Shown here piece after piece: positions 18,370 through 27,482 of a stretch of 64,000 nt of DNA (position 1 is its first letter; the number at the start of each line of letters is the position of its first letter). The position numbers were made by a program, and so were the translations under genes. The stretch is from Minisyncoccota bacterium (GTDB taxonomy: Bacteria > Patescibacteriota > Minisyncoccia > Phycocordibacterales > UBA9973). The DNA lies in contig JBAZVG010000001.1 in the NCBI GenBank assembly GCA_041661005.1, positions 543,515 to 607,514 of the forward strand, read 5' to 3'. Under the pieces are notes generated by a model that saw nothing but the letters and a program-made list of their open reading frames with translations, searched no databases and was not told the origin of the DNA.

Positions 18370-18627
18370 TTATTTATAAATATCATGACTGCCTATTGAA
18401 TGAAAATAGACAATATTGTTTTTCCCGAATTCGCATATTATTCTGTAGGAAAAAGAAATGGAAAAAGCGGAACAACCTTTTAGTTTGCCTGAAAGTTTAT
18501 GGGTTTTTAATTTAGCATCAGAAGGATTTCTTTTAAATAGTGCTTCCTTTTTTACAGCTTCTTTCTTAATGTCTAGTGGAAGTTTCTTGAAAAGACGAAT
18601 AAATTCAGCTGTATAAATAATATCCAT
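18370..18627 (-). CDS. Type II toxin, RelE/ParE superfamily
   Basis: 85 aa with ...CSAFSISFSYRIICEFGKNNIVYFHSIGSHDIYK, which matches the RelE/ParE C-terminal pattern. Sits immediately downstream of the RHH antitoxin gene. Confidence 0.75.
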   Translation of the reverse strand: MDIIYTAEFIRLFKKLPLDIKKEAVKKEALFKRNPSDAKLKTHKLSGKLKGCSAFSISFSYRIICEFGKNNIVYFHSIGSHDIYK

Positions 18628-18632
18628 GTTAA

Positions 18633-18848
18633 TTACATAAGATCTTTAAGAGATCGCAATCTTTTGAACTTTCCTTGAGCAAAATCTCTCTGACTTCTCA
18701 TGACAGATTGATACAGCTGTTCTTCTTCCCAGGCTCTCACAGCATCTCTAAAAAATTCAGAGACAGAAGCATAACTACCCTCTCTTACAGCCAAGTCCAC
18801 ACTGCGCTTGAGCGAAACTGGCATTGAAATGTTTAATGTTGTTCTCAT
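18633..18848 (-). CDS. Type II antitoxin, ribbon-helix-helix (ParD/CopG-like)
   Basis: Internal start MRTTLNISMPVSLKRSVDLAVREGSYASVSEFFRDAVRAWEE, an RHH fold signature. 5-nt spacing to the toxin gene. Confidence 0.7.
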   Translation of the reverse strand: MRTTLNISMPVSLKRSVDLAVREGSYASVSEFFRDAVRAWEEEQLYQSVMRSQRDFAQGKFKRLRSLKDLM

Positions 18849-18965
18849 TCGGGAAGTGTAGCACACTGTGCTACAGGGTGTCAAATATCTCGAATCCAGC
18901 AAGGACTCCCCTTGCTGAACATTACTGGGGCTTTTGCAAAAGAAGAGGTGGATAACTTTATTTAT

Positions 18966-19346
18966 CTAGTTTTTGATTCTTAACGTAAGAAAACCCCATG
19001 ATTCAAGTAATGCCCACAATATTGATATCACCCAAAAAACAATTAACGAAGAATGTACTGTGATTTCTGAAAAAAGTATATAAATTATAGTAAATCCAAA
19101 AACACCCGTAATCACATCCGTTACTTTATTCCATTTTTCTTCATGAAGACCATTGATAATTTCTATTATTTCCCATGCAAGCATGATCATGAAAGAAATA
19201 AAAAATCCAAAATAAAAATCAATGTTATAGAAATAAATAACTGCACCAAGGAGTCCACCCGCAAGGGTGTGGTTTACAGACCAGAGATCTAAGAATTTTC
19301 CATTTTTCCAAACTTTAACCGACCAGCGTTTAAAGTCCTGTTTCAT
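18966..19346 (-). CDS. Hypothetical integral membrane protein
   Basis: 126 aa with three or four hydrophobic helices. Begins 6 nt after the fusA stop. Confidence 0.5.
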   Translation of the reverse strand: MKQDFKRWSVKVWKNGKFLDLWSVNHTLAGGLLGAVIYFYNIDFYFGFFISFMIMLAWEIIEIINGLHEEKWNKVTDVITGVFGFTIIYILFSEITVHSSLIVFWVISILWALLESWGFLTLRIKN

Positions 19347-19351
19347 TTGAG

Positions 19352-21511
19352 TTATTTCCTCGCAGCAATGATAGTCTCCGCGACATTATTAGGCACAATG
19401 TCATAGCGGAAGAATTCCATAGTGAAAGATGCTCGGCCTTCGGTCATCGAACGCAGTCCTGTCATATAACCAAACATTTCGGAAAGAGGCACTATCGCTT
19501 TGATAACTTTATTCATTCCCCTGTCTTCCATGCCCTCAATCAACGCGCGTTTTGAAGAAAGATTGCCTGTTACGTCTCCCATAAATTTGTCTGGGGTGAC
19601 AACTTCCACTTTCATCATAGGCTCGAGAATAACGGGGTTCGCCCTTTTGCAGGCATCCTGCACCGCCATGCTTGAGGCAATCTTGAAAGCCATTTCGTTC
19701 GAGTCAACTTCATGATAACTTCCATCCCAAAGCTCCACCGACACGTTGACGATTTTAAATCCAGCCAAAACTCCGCGATCCAAGCCCTCTTTGAATCCTT
19801 TTTCACAAGGCGCAATATATTCCTGTGGAATTACTCCTCCTTTAATGGTGTTCACAAACTCAAAACCCGGAGACCTCTTGGTGTTTTTCGGCAAGTCTTC
19901 CAGCTCTTCTTTTGAAAGCATTTCCATGGGCTTCACTTTGATCTTGACATGTCCGTAGTTTCCACGTCCACCAGATTGTTTGATATATTTTCCTTCAGCT
20001 TCGGCCTGACCGTTGATTGTCTCACGATATGCTACCTGCGGTTTACCCACATTCGCTTCGACAGTAAATTCGCGTTTCATTCTATCCACAATAATTTCCA
20101 AATGCAATTCTCCCATGCCGGCGATGATAGTCTCCCCCGTTTCTTGATCAGTGCTAACTTTAAAAGTAGGATCTTCTTGAGCAAGACGATTAAGAGCCAT
20201 ACCCATTTTTTCCTGGTCAGCTTTTGTTTTTGGTTCAATGCGGAGTGAGATAACTGGTTCTGGAAAAACAATCCTATCTAAGATAATTGGATTTTCTTCA
20301 TCGCAAAGAGTATCTGAAGTAATAGTGTCTTTGAGTCCAACTGCTGCCGCGATTTCTCCAGCAAAAACTTGCTTCACTTCTTCTCGGTCATTCGCATGCA
20401 TTCGAAGAATTCGGCCGATACGTTCTTTGTTGCGCGTGCGTGGATTGTAAACATAACTGCCAGCCGAAAGAGTTCCAGAGTAAACACGGAAGAAGATAAG
20501 TTGACCGACGAATGGGTCAGTCGCAACCTTGAAAGCAAGAGCCGCAAAAGGTTCTGTGTCTGAAGCGTGTCTCTCAATAGCAACATCATCATTGTTTGGA
20601 TCAATACCACTGATTGCAGCGATGTCTGTAGGAGACGGCAAGTAGTCAATAACTGCATCCAGCACAAGCTGAACACCTTTGTTTTTTAAAGCTGAACCAG
20701 CAAATACTGGAAAGATCATATTAGCAATAACAGCCTTGCGCAGAGTCTTCTTCAAAACATCGAAATTCGGAATCACCCCCTCCAAGTATTCAGTCATCAT
20801 GACATCATCCGTCTCAACTATTTTTTCAATAAGATCTGAATGATATTTTTCCGCATCAGCTTTCAAATTCTCTGGCAAAGTGTCTAAGTCTTTTTCAATA
20901 ACTTTATTTCCCATTTCTCCTTCAAAGTAATAAGCCTTCATGCGGAGAAGATCGATAACTCCCTCAAATTTATCTTCGAGGCCAATAGGAATCTGCACTC
21001 GCACAGCTTTTTTACTCAACCTGTCTAAAATTGTTGAAAAGGAATGTTCAAAAGAAGCGCCTGTTCGGTCTAATTTGTTTATAAAACAAATACGAGGAAC
21101 TTTCGCTTCGTCAGCATAGCGCCAATTAGTCTCAGATTGAGGCTCTACACCAGCCACACCGTCGAAAACAACGACAGCGCCGTCTAGAACGCGAAGAGAA
21201 CGTTTTACTTCAACCGTAAAATCAATGTGTCCAGGAGTATCAATAATATTAAAACGATTTGTCTTTGTCTTGTCAGTGGGAGCATAGGTGGGCGTCCAGA
21301 AACATGTGACAGCCGCAGAAGTAATGGTGATTCCACGCTCTCGTTCTTGCTCCATCCAGTCAGTCGTGGTCTCACCTTCATGAACTTCACCGATCTTGTG
21401 TTTTTTTCCAGTATAATAAAGCACACGTTCTGTGGTCGTCGTTTTACCCGCATCAATGTGCGCGATAATTCCAAAATTTCTAACTTTTTCTAAAGGATAG
21501 TCTCGTTCCAT
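19352..21511 (-). CDS. fusA: Elongation factor G
   Basis: 719 aa with [18 protein letters not shown]..., full EF-G domain order. Confidence 0.95.
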   Translation of the reverse strand: MERDYPLEKVRNFGIIAHIDAGKTTTTERVLYYTGKKHKIGEVHEGETTTDWMEQERERGITITSAAVTCFWTPTYAPTDKTKTNRFNIIDTPGHIDFTVEVKRSLRVLDGAVVVFDGVAGVEPQSETNWRYADEAKVPRICFINKLDRTGASFEHSFSTILDRLSKKAVRVQIPIGLEDKFEGVIDLLRMKAYYFEGEMGNKVIEKDLDTLPENLKADAEKYHSDLIEKIVETDDVMMTEYLEGVIPNFDVLKKTLRKAVIANMIFPVFAGSALKNKGVQLVLDAVIDYLPSPTDIAAISGIDPNNDDVAIERHASDTEPFAALAFKVATDPFVGQLIFFRVYSGTLSAGSYVYNPRTRNKERIGRILRMHANDREEVKQVFAGEIAAAVGLKDTITSDTLCDEENPIILDRIVFPEPVISLRIEPKTKADQEKMGMALNRLAQEDPTFKVSTDQETGETIIAGMGELHLEIIVDRMKREFTVEANVGKPQVAYRETINGQAEAEGKYIKQSGGRGNYGHVKIKVKPMEMLSKEELEDLPKNTKRSPGFEFVNTIKGGVIPQEYIAPCEKGFKEGLDRGVLAGFKIVNVSVELWDGSYHEVDSNEMAFKIASSMAVQDACKRANPVILEPMMKVEVVTPDKFMGDVTGNLSSKRALIEGMEDRGMNKVIKAIVPLSEMFGYMTGLRSMTEGRASFTMEFFRYDIVPNNVAETIIAARK

Positions 21512-21517
21512 AAATTT

Positions 21518-21988
21518 CTACCAAGCAAAGTGAGCAAAAGCTTTATTGGCTTCAGCCATTTTGTGTGTGTCTTCTTTCTTTTTGATAGCTGCGCCTTCGT
21601 TCTTAGAAGCGGCGATGAGTTCATCTGCAAGTTTCAAGTGCATTGGTTTGCCTTTGCCTCCGCGAGCCGCATCACGAATCCATCGCATAGCCAGAGCGAG
21701 CTTTCTCTCCGGTCGGACTTCGATAGGTATTTGATAGTTCGCGCCTCCGATACGCTTTGAGCGAACTTCGGTTGAAGGTCCAGCATTTTTCATCGCTAAA
21801 TCAAAAATCTCCAGCGGATTTGGATTGCCTGTCTTTTCTTTGATCATGTCAAAAGTGGCATACATCACCTTGCGAGCTGTTTCTTTTTTTCCAGACCACA
21901 TGATGTAATTAATAAACTTCTCTAGTTTTGTAGAGTTGTAGATAAAATCAGGAGCAACTATATTTCTATTTTTAACTTTTCGTCTCAT
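21518..21988 (-). CDS. rpsG: 30S ribosomal protein S7
   Basis: 156 aa, canonical S7 (MRRKVKNRNIVAPDFIYNS...). Confidence 0.95.
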   Translation of the reverse strand: MRRKVKNRNIVAPDFIYNSTKLEKFINYIMWSGKKETARKVMYATFDMIKEKTGNPNPLEIFDLAMKNAGPSTEVRSKRIGGANYQIPIEVRPERKLALAMRWIRDAARGGKGKPMHLKLADELIAASKNEGAAIKKKEDTHKMAEANKAFAHFAW

Positions 21989-22024
21989 TTTTTTACTTTA
22001 TAACCTTATGAACTTTATAACTTT

Positions 22025-22441
22025 CTACTTACCCTTTGGTTTCTTGTTTCCATAGAGCGACCGAGCCTGTCTCCTCTTTTCCACTCCTTGTGTATCTAAA
22101 ACTCCACGCACAATATGATATCGTACTCCGATCAAATCTTTCACACGACCTCCCCGAAGCATCACCACTGAGTGTTCTTGTAAATTATGTCCTTCACCTG
22201 GGATATAGGCCGTAACTTCCATGCCGTTAGTGAGACGCACTCTCGCGATCTTTCGAAGAGCTGAGTTTGGCTTCTTTGGGGTTGTTGTCGAAACCTTGGT
22301 GCAAACACCGCGCTTGAAAGGACTAGAGAAAAAAACCGGTCTATTTTTCAAGACATTAAATCCGCGCGTCAAAGCGACCGTCTTGTCTTTCGGATGAGCC
22401 TTGACTCTATTTTTCTTTATTAGTTGATTAATTGTTGGCAT
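22025..22441 (-). CDS. rpsL: 30S ribosomal protein S12
   Basis: Internal start [12 protein letters not shown]... with ...[12 protein letters not shown]...[17 protein letters not shown]. The ORF-track N-terminal extension is unlikely to be coding. Confidence 0.9.
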   Translation of the reverse strand: MPTINQLIKKNRVKAHPKDKTVALTRGFNVLKNRPVFFSSPFKRGVCTKVSTTTPKKPNSALRKIARVRLTNGMEVTAYIPGEGHNLQEHSVVMLRGGRVKDLIGVRYHIVRGVLDTQGVEKRRQARSLYGNKKPKGK

Positions 22442-22519
22442 ACAAGTATGTCTTTTGTAAAATAAAAGAGTCCGAAGACTCAGCCCATAATTTACTATAA
22501 ACAACTCTAAAATGCAAGC

Positions 22520-22587
22520 CCCGTAGTGAAACTTTGCGACGCATTAACAAATGCATGCTTCGCATATCGCAAAGTTCTACTACAGGG
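22520..22587. repeat. Structured intergenic repeat, family B copy 1 (in the rpsL leader, overlapping the M50 protease stop)
   Basis: CCCCGTAGTGAAACTTTGCGA...TCGCAAAGTTCTACTACAGGG: an imperfect long palindrome. It shares both termini with copies at 56281-56355 and 59882-59953. The interior differs but stays base-paired. Confidence 0.7.
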
Positions 22588-23203
22588 CAAGACCGGTAAA
22601 TAAATGAAAAAGAAACGACAATATGGGCGCTAAATAATCAGAAAAGAAAACAATAAAAACTAGCAACAAAATCAAAGAATATTGCTCATAGGCAAAGATA
22701 AAAGAAGAAGCCTTAGCGGGTAAAAAAGAAAAAAGTATTTTAGAACCATCAAGCGGGGGGATCGGAACTAGATTAAATATACCTAAGGCTAGATTTACTA
22801 TGACAATCACCGAAGTTATAAAATAAAAACCTACTGGTAGCGCTAAACCAGAAGTGAGGCGAATGATAACTCCAAATATAATTGCAATAGAAAAGTTCGC
22901 CAGAACTCCTGCAATGGCAACCCAGAAAGTTCCCCATTTTTTATTACTCAAATTGTCTGGATTGTATGGCACCGGCTTCGCCCAACCAATTAAAAAAGGT
23001 GAATGGGATAAAACTAACAATGTTGGCAAAATAATTGAACCAAAAAGATCTAGATGTTTAAGTGGATTCAAGGTCAACCTTCCGGCAAAGCGCGCAGTCT
23101 TGTCGCCAAAATATTCCGCCATGAAACCATGAGATACTTCGTGGATCACTACAGACATGATGAGTATAGCTACATAAAAAATTGCGTTGGTGCTATTGGC
23201 CAT
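22580..23203 (-). CDS. Site-2 protease family (peptidase M50) zinc metalloprotease
   Basis: 207 aa polytopic membrane protein with HEVSHG (HExxH) and a downstream LDG motif. Confidence 0.8.
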   Translation of the reverse strand: MANSTNAIFYVAILIMSVVIHEVSHGFMAEYFGDKTARFAGRLTLNPLKHLDLFGSIILPTLLVLSHSPFLIGWAKPVPYNPDNLSNKKWGTFWVAIAGVLANFSIAIIFGVIIRLTSGLALPVGFYFITSVIVIVNLALGIFNLVPIPPLDGSKILFSFLPAKASSFIFAYEQYSLILLLVFIVFFSDYLAPILSFLFHLFTGLAL

Positions 23204-23269
23204 TTGTATATTATTCTCTTCGTTTAAGTGTTTGCATTATAATAACTTTAATGATAACATAAAAAAACC

Positions 23270-23521
23270 ATGGCGAAAATATGCGTTATAACAAAAAAGG
23301 GCTCAATTATGGGAGGTGGATACTCAAACAGAACTCGTGCCACCAAATTCAACCCGACTGGTAAAGTGCGTAAATTCTTAAATCTTCAAAAGAAGAGGAT
23401 TTTTGTTCCCGAATTAAATAAATCTATAAATATAAAAGTGTCCACTCAAGGCATGCGCACAATGAAAAAAAATGGCACTTACGCCACCCTCCTCAAAGCT
23501 GGGTTGATAACATCTAGATAG
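23270..23521 (+). CDS. rpmB: 50S ribosomal protein L28
   Basis: MAKICVITKKGSIMGG...RKFLNLQKKRIFVPELNKSINIKVSTQGMRTMKKNG aligns with the L28 pattern (MxxxCxxTGK..., RRFLPNL...RV...SAKGMR...KKG). Confidence 0.85.
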   Translation: MAKICVITKKGSIMGGGYSNRTRATKFNPTGKVRKFLNLQKKRIFVPELNKSINIKVSTQGMRTMKKNGTYATLLKAGLITSR

Positions 23522-23540
23522 AAAACAAGAAGGAAATTTT

Positions 23541-23612
23541 TGCCGGTACGGATTTTTTGAAGCTTAAAAAATCCTGAAGTTTTCGGCTCGTCAGCCTCAA
23601 AACCCCTTAAAA
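23541..23612 (-). repeat. Structured repeat, family C copy a (inverted orientation; rpmB / helicase convergent 3' region)
   Basis: Reverse complement reads GGGGTTTTGAG-GCTGACGAGCC-GAAAACTTCAGGATTTTTTAAGCTTCAAAAAATCCGTACCGG. Matches 27389-27455 and 37694-37787 with compensatory changes in the first hairpin. Confidence 0.7.
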
Positions 23613-23642
23613 ACTTCCTTCTTATTTTCTATCTACGGAAAT

Positions 23643-25028
23643 CTACACTGGCACGAAAGTCAGCGCTGTGCCAGCTTTGCCACTTCGGCCGGTTCGGCCG
23701 ATACGATGCACATAGGTGTCGTAAGTTTGAGGCACATCATAGTTTATAACGTGTGTAACATCTGGAATATCAAGCCCCCTAGCGGCAACATCAGTCGCAA
23801 TCAAAATATTAATTTTATCTTGTTTAAATGAATCCAAAATGCGAATACGTTCACGACTTCTTTTGTCACCATGAATTCCGCCCACTTTGAATCCCATTGT
23901 GTGTAATTCTTTGGCGAGCGTATCCACGCTATGTTTCATCTCGCGGAAAATTAAAACCTTTTGGGTCGGACCGCTTGCCCCGCCGTGGCGTGGGTCTTTT
24001 TTCAAGACTTCATGCAACTTTTCTAACTTTTCTTCTTTGGTACGCACGCGAATTACGTCTTGATCAATATTTTTCGCCGTCTCGCCAGAGACGACAGAAA
24101 TAAAAGCTGGATCTTTCAAATATTGCTCAGTCATTTTTCTAATTTCTGGAGAAAGAGTCGCTGAAAAGAAAAGGGTTTGGCGTTCCTTTGCTGTCTTCCC
24201 TATTATAAACACCATATCATCTCGGAATCCCATATCAAGCATTCTGTCAGCTTCATCTAGCACGACACTGTGGCAAGTCGACAAGTCTAAAACTTTTTTC
24301 TCAATCAAGTCTCGCAAACGTCCGGGTGTGCCGATGACAAACGAAACTCCGAGCTTTATTTCCCTAATTTGTTTCATTATCGGCAATCCACCCACACATG
24401 CGACGGAAAACATCCCAAATCCAAAAGCTAGAGTTTTAAAATCACTTTCTATCTGAAGCGCGAGTTCACGAGTCGGCGCCATTATTAAAACTGTCTCTCT
24501 TTTATTTTGTCCTTTTGTTTTAGAAATTTTCTCAATTAAGGGAAGCAAGAAAGCTGCAGTTTTTCCTGTGCCAGTATTTGCCATACCAAAGACATCTTTG
24601 CCGGCTAAAATCGTCGGTATTGCTTGATCTTGAATTGGCCTAGGATTTTCAAAACCAGCTCCTTTTATATTTTTATGAAGTTGTGGATTAAAAGGAAAAT
24701 CGAGAAATGTGTGTCGGGAAACATAAGGTTTTTCCTCCACTCGAACACCTTTTTTAATGAAACGCGAAAAATCTATCCGTTCACCACGAGATCTCTTATT
24801 GCTTGAACGTCTAAAATTGCCCCCGCCTGCAACGCTATGCGTAGCATTGCGGGCAGGTCCAAAACGAGGACGAGAATTATTAAACCTGCCTCGACTTGCG
24901 CTGGACAAGGCGGGTTTTCCACTGCTTGAGTTGTATTTTGCTTTGTGAGCAAAAGTATGACTGCTAAATTTTTTCGGGTTAGCCGAATGGCTCGCCCGTA
25001 GGGCTATGCCCGAGGGATGTTTATACAT
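23643..25028 (-). CDS. DEAD-box ATP-dependent RNA helicase with ~110-aa R/S/G-rich N-terminal region
   Basis: Q motif (FENPRPIQ), motif I (GMANTGTGKT), DEAD (VLDEADRM), SAT, HRIGRTGR. The first ~20 codons overlap a family D mini-palindrome, so the true start is uncertain. Confidence 0.85.
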   Translation of the reverse strand: MYKHPSGIALRASHSANPKKFSSHTFAHKAKYNSSSGKPALSSASRGRFNNSRPRFGPARNATHSVAGGGNFRRSSNKRSRGERIDFSRFIKKGVRVEEKPYVSRHTFLDFPFNPQLHKNIKGAGFENPRPIQDQAIPTILAGKDVFGMANTGTGKTAAFLLPLIEKISKTKGQNKRETVLIMAPTRELALQIESDFKTLAFGFGMFSVACVGGLPIMKQIREIKLGVSFVIGTPGRLRDLIEKKVLDLSTCHSVVLDEADRMLDMGFRDDMVFIIGKTAKERQTLFFSATLSPEIRKMTEQYLKDPAFISVVSGETAKNIDQDVIRVRTKEEKLEKLHEVLKKDPRHGGASGPTQKVLIFREMKHSVDTLAKELHTMGFKVGGIHGDKRSRERIRILDSFKQDKINILIATDVAARGLDIPDVTHVINYDVPQTYDTYVHRIGRTGRSGKAGTALTFVPV

Positions 25029-25137
25029 AATGGGTCACTCCCAAAATGTAAAAGATGAGAATGATGTTTTAAGAGTAGCATTTTATCATTAATTTGTCAA
25101 CGTTTCATTAAACTATTGGAAAAGTTACAATAAAAAT

Positions 25138-26487
25138 ATGCCAAACATAGATAATTTAAAACATAGTCAAGTACAAATCAAAGGAGGTGGAAAAGTTATT
25201 GTTTTAGATACTGGATCAGTTATTGGTCCTGAAGCTGACGCTATGCTTCAGGCGCTCCATTCCAGATCTGTCGGAGGATTGGAAAGCCATCTCAAAATAC
25301 TTTCCGAAAAAGGACCGAATAATTTTATGAAAAATTTCTATGTCGGATATGGACATAAGTCTATAGGCGACTGTGGGAGTACTTCCCTTTTTATTGAGGG
25401 AATATCAATGCTCACAGCTAAGGCAATCCAAGATTGGGCACTTTATTCAGGACAAGAATCTTCGACTAGATACATTGATTTTCAAACTCAGCCTTTTAAA
25501 AATATACTAGGTACAAAAGAAGGAGAAGATATTCTTGAATCATATAGAAAATTTTATGTCGAAGCACTTCAACCGACAAAAGAATATTTAAAATCACAAT
25601 TCCCCCTTGATGCAGGTGAAAAGGAAAATATTTATATTAAAGCAATTGATGCCAGAGCCTTTGACATATTGAGAGGATTCTTACCAGCAGGATCAGCAAC
25701 TAACGTAGCTTGGCATACAAACCTGAGACAAGCAGCAGACAAAATAATGCTTCTTCGTCATCATCCGTTAGAAGAAGTAAGAAATGTTGCAAAAGCCATA
25801 GAGGAAGCTTTGCGCATGGCATTCCCAAATTCATTCGGACATGAACGTTATGAAAATACGGAAAATTACAATAAAGAATGGATGGAAAAAGATTATTATT
25901 ACCACGATAAAAACTGTCCGGATTTCAAAATGGTTAATAACTCTATAAACACTGATTTACTGCCAAGAAAAATTTTACAAAGCAGGCCAATAAAAACTGA
26001 ATTGCCAAAATATCTGGCTGAAGCTGGAAATTTACAATTTGAATTTTTACTTGATTTCGGGTCTTTTCGTGATTTACAAAGACATCGTGCGGTAATTCAA
26101 AGAATGCCACTCCTAACTACAGAAATTGGTTTTGAAAAATGGTATCTAGGTGAACTTCCTAAAGAATTAAAAAATAAAGCGGAATTATTTCTTAAAAAAC
26201 AAGAACAAAAAGTAAATAATTTAAAAATTTCAAAGGAAGAAAAGCAGTACTACACAGCCATGGGTTATCTTACTTCAAATAGGTTAACAGGAAATATCCC
26301 CGCTTTAGTTTATTTAGCAGAACTACGAGCTACAAGATTCGTGCATCCGACATTAAGAAAAAGGGCAAAAATGATAGCTGATACATTGTCGGAACTTTTA
26401 GGCAAATTTGGATTAGTAATGCATTTAGATAAAGAAATAGATAGATTTGATATTAAGCGCGGAGAACATGATATTGTTTTAAAATGA
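25138..26487 (+). CDS. Tandem-domain ThyX-like (flavin-dependent thymidylate synthase-like) protein
   Basis: 449 aa, two ThyX-like halves. Half 1 has ...YSGQESSTRYIDF and ...ATNVAWHTNLRQAADKIMLLRHHPLEEVRNVAKAIEEAL. Half 2 has ...FRDLQRHRAVIQ (the RHR motif) and ...ALVYLAELRATRFVHPTLRKRAKMIADTL. Each half lacks part of the canonical RHRxxxxxS...SQRY signature that the other retains. Confidence 0.5.
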   Translation: MPNIDNLKHSQVQIKGGGKVIVLDTGSVIGPEADAMLQALHSRSVGGLESHLKILSEKGPNNFMKNFYVGYGHKSIGDCGSTSLFIEGISMLTAKAIQDWALYSGQESSTRYIDFQTQPFKNILGTKEGEDILESYRKFYVEALQPTKEYLKSQFPLDAGEKENIYIKAIDARAFDILRGFLPAGSATNVAWHTNLRQAADKIMLLRHHPLEEVRNVAKAIEEALRMAFPNSFGHERYENTENYNKEWMEKDYYYHDKNCPDFKMVNNSINTDLLPRKILQSRPIKTELPKYLAEAGNLQFEFLLDFGSFRDLQRHRAVIQRMPLLTTEIGFEKWYLGELPKELKNKAELFLKKQEQKVNNLKISKEEKQYYTAMGYLTSNRLTGNIPALVYLAELRATRFVHPTLRKRAKMIADTLSELLGKFGLVMHLDKEIDRFDIKRGEHDIVLK

Positions 26488-26488
26488 T

Positions 26489-26821
26489 TTAGGGATCCTC
26501 GGGAGTTTTTATTCGAATAAAAATGTCTTCGCCCTCAGGTGATTTTTCTTTTCTATATTTTCTCTTCTTATTTTTTTCTATTTTGGCAATTAATTCTTTT
26601 TCCATATCAAAACCCATCGCTTCGCACATCCCAAGAATAAAAATCATTACATCCGCAAATTCCTCCGCCACACCGGGCTGATTCTTATTATGTTTAGAAA
26701 ATGCTTCAGAGAGCTCTTCATGCGCTCGACAGAATTCAAGCGCAACATTAGTTGTATTAAAACCTTTCTCCAACTTATTTCTCATTACCTCTTTTTGTAA
26801 TTCTTTTAAATTTATAGACAT
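26489..26821 (-). CDS. Small MazG-like all-alpha nucleoside triphosphate pyrophosphohydrolase
   Basis: 110 aa with EELSEA...EEFADVMIFILGM (the EExxE/D metal-binding helices of the MazG/HisE superfamily). Confidence 0.6.
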   Translation of the reverse strand: MSINLKELQKEVMRNKLEKGFNTTNVALEFCRAHEELSEAFSKHNKNQPGVAEEFADVMIFILGMCEAMGFDMEKELIAKIEKNKKRKYRKEKSPEGEDIFIRIKTPEDP

Positions 26822-26826
26822 TTTAT

Positions 26827-27360
26827 TTATTGATCTTTATATGATTCTATTTCTTTATTCACAATTTCCAATTTTACTCCCGATTTTTTAAAAACATTTT
26901 TTGACTGCTCAGTTAGATGATAATTTTTAAAAGCAACAACACGTTTAATCCCCGCATTGATAATTGTTTTCGCACAAGTATAACAAGGAACCATTTTGCA
27001 ATATAGTGTTGCCCCATCAATCACAACACCGTGCCGGGCGGCATTCGCGATAGCGTTCAATTCTGCATGAGCTGTCCTGAGACAATGACGAGAAACTGTT
27101 CCATCTTCATTCGTGAGAGTATGCATCTCATGACCCACCTCGTCACAATGAGGAAGTCCAACCGGAGAACCCACGTAGCCAGTAGCAAGAATTCTTTTAT
27201 CTTTTACCAAGATTGCGCCTGAGCGTCCACGATCACAAGTTCCACGTGAACCGACAAGTTCTATCATTTGTAAGAAATACTCGTCCCAGGATGGACGTTT
27301 GTGTTTTGTAACTTTTTCGACAGTCTTTTTCATATCTCTAATATACTCCAAAAATATCAA
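26827..27360 (-). CDS. dCMP deaminase (CMP/dCMP-type zinc deaminase)
   Basis: 177 aa with HAELNAI...PCYTCAKTII (the H-A-E and PC-x-x-C zinc motifs). Confidence 0.8.
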   Translation of the reverse strand: MIFLEYIRDMKKTVEKVTKHKRPSWDEYFLQMIELVGSRGTCDRGRSGAILVKDKRILATGYVGSPVGLPHCDEVGHEMHTLTNEDGTVSRHCLRTAHAELNAIANAARHGVVIDGATLYCKMVPCYTCAKTIINAGIKRVVAFKNYHLTEQSKNVFKKSGVKLEIVNKEIESYKDQ

Positions 27361-27388
27361 AAAACAAAATTTTTAAAATATAACTTTT

Positions 27389-27455
27389 GGAGGGGTTTTG
27401 AGCGCGACGGCGCGAAAACTTCAGGATTTTTTAAGCTTCAAAAAATCCGTACCGG
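27389..27455 (+). repeat. Structured repeat, family C copy b
   Basis: GGAGGGGTTTTGAG-CGCGACGGCGCG-AAAACTTCAGGATTTTTTAAGCTTCAAAAAATCCGTACCGG. Confidence 0.7.
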
Positions 27456-27482
27456 AAAAAGTTCATATTTTAAAAATTTTGT

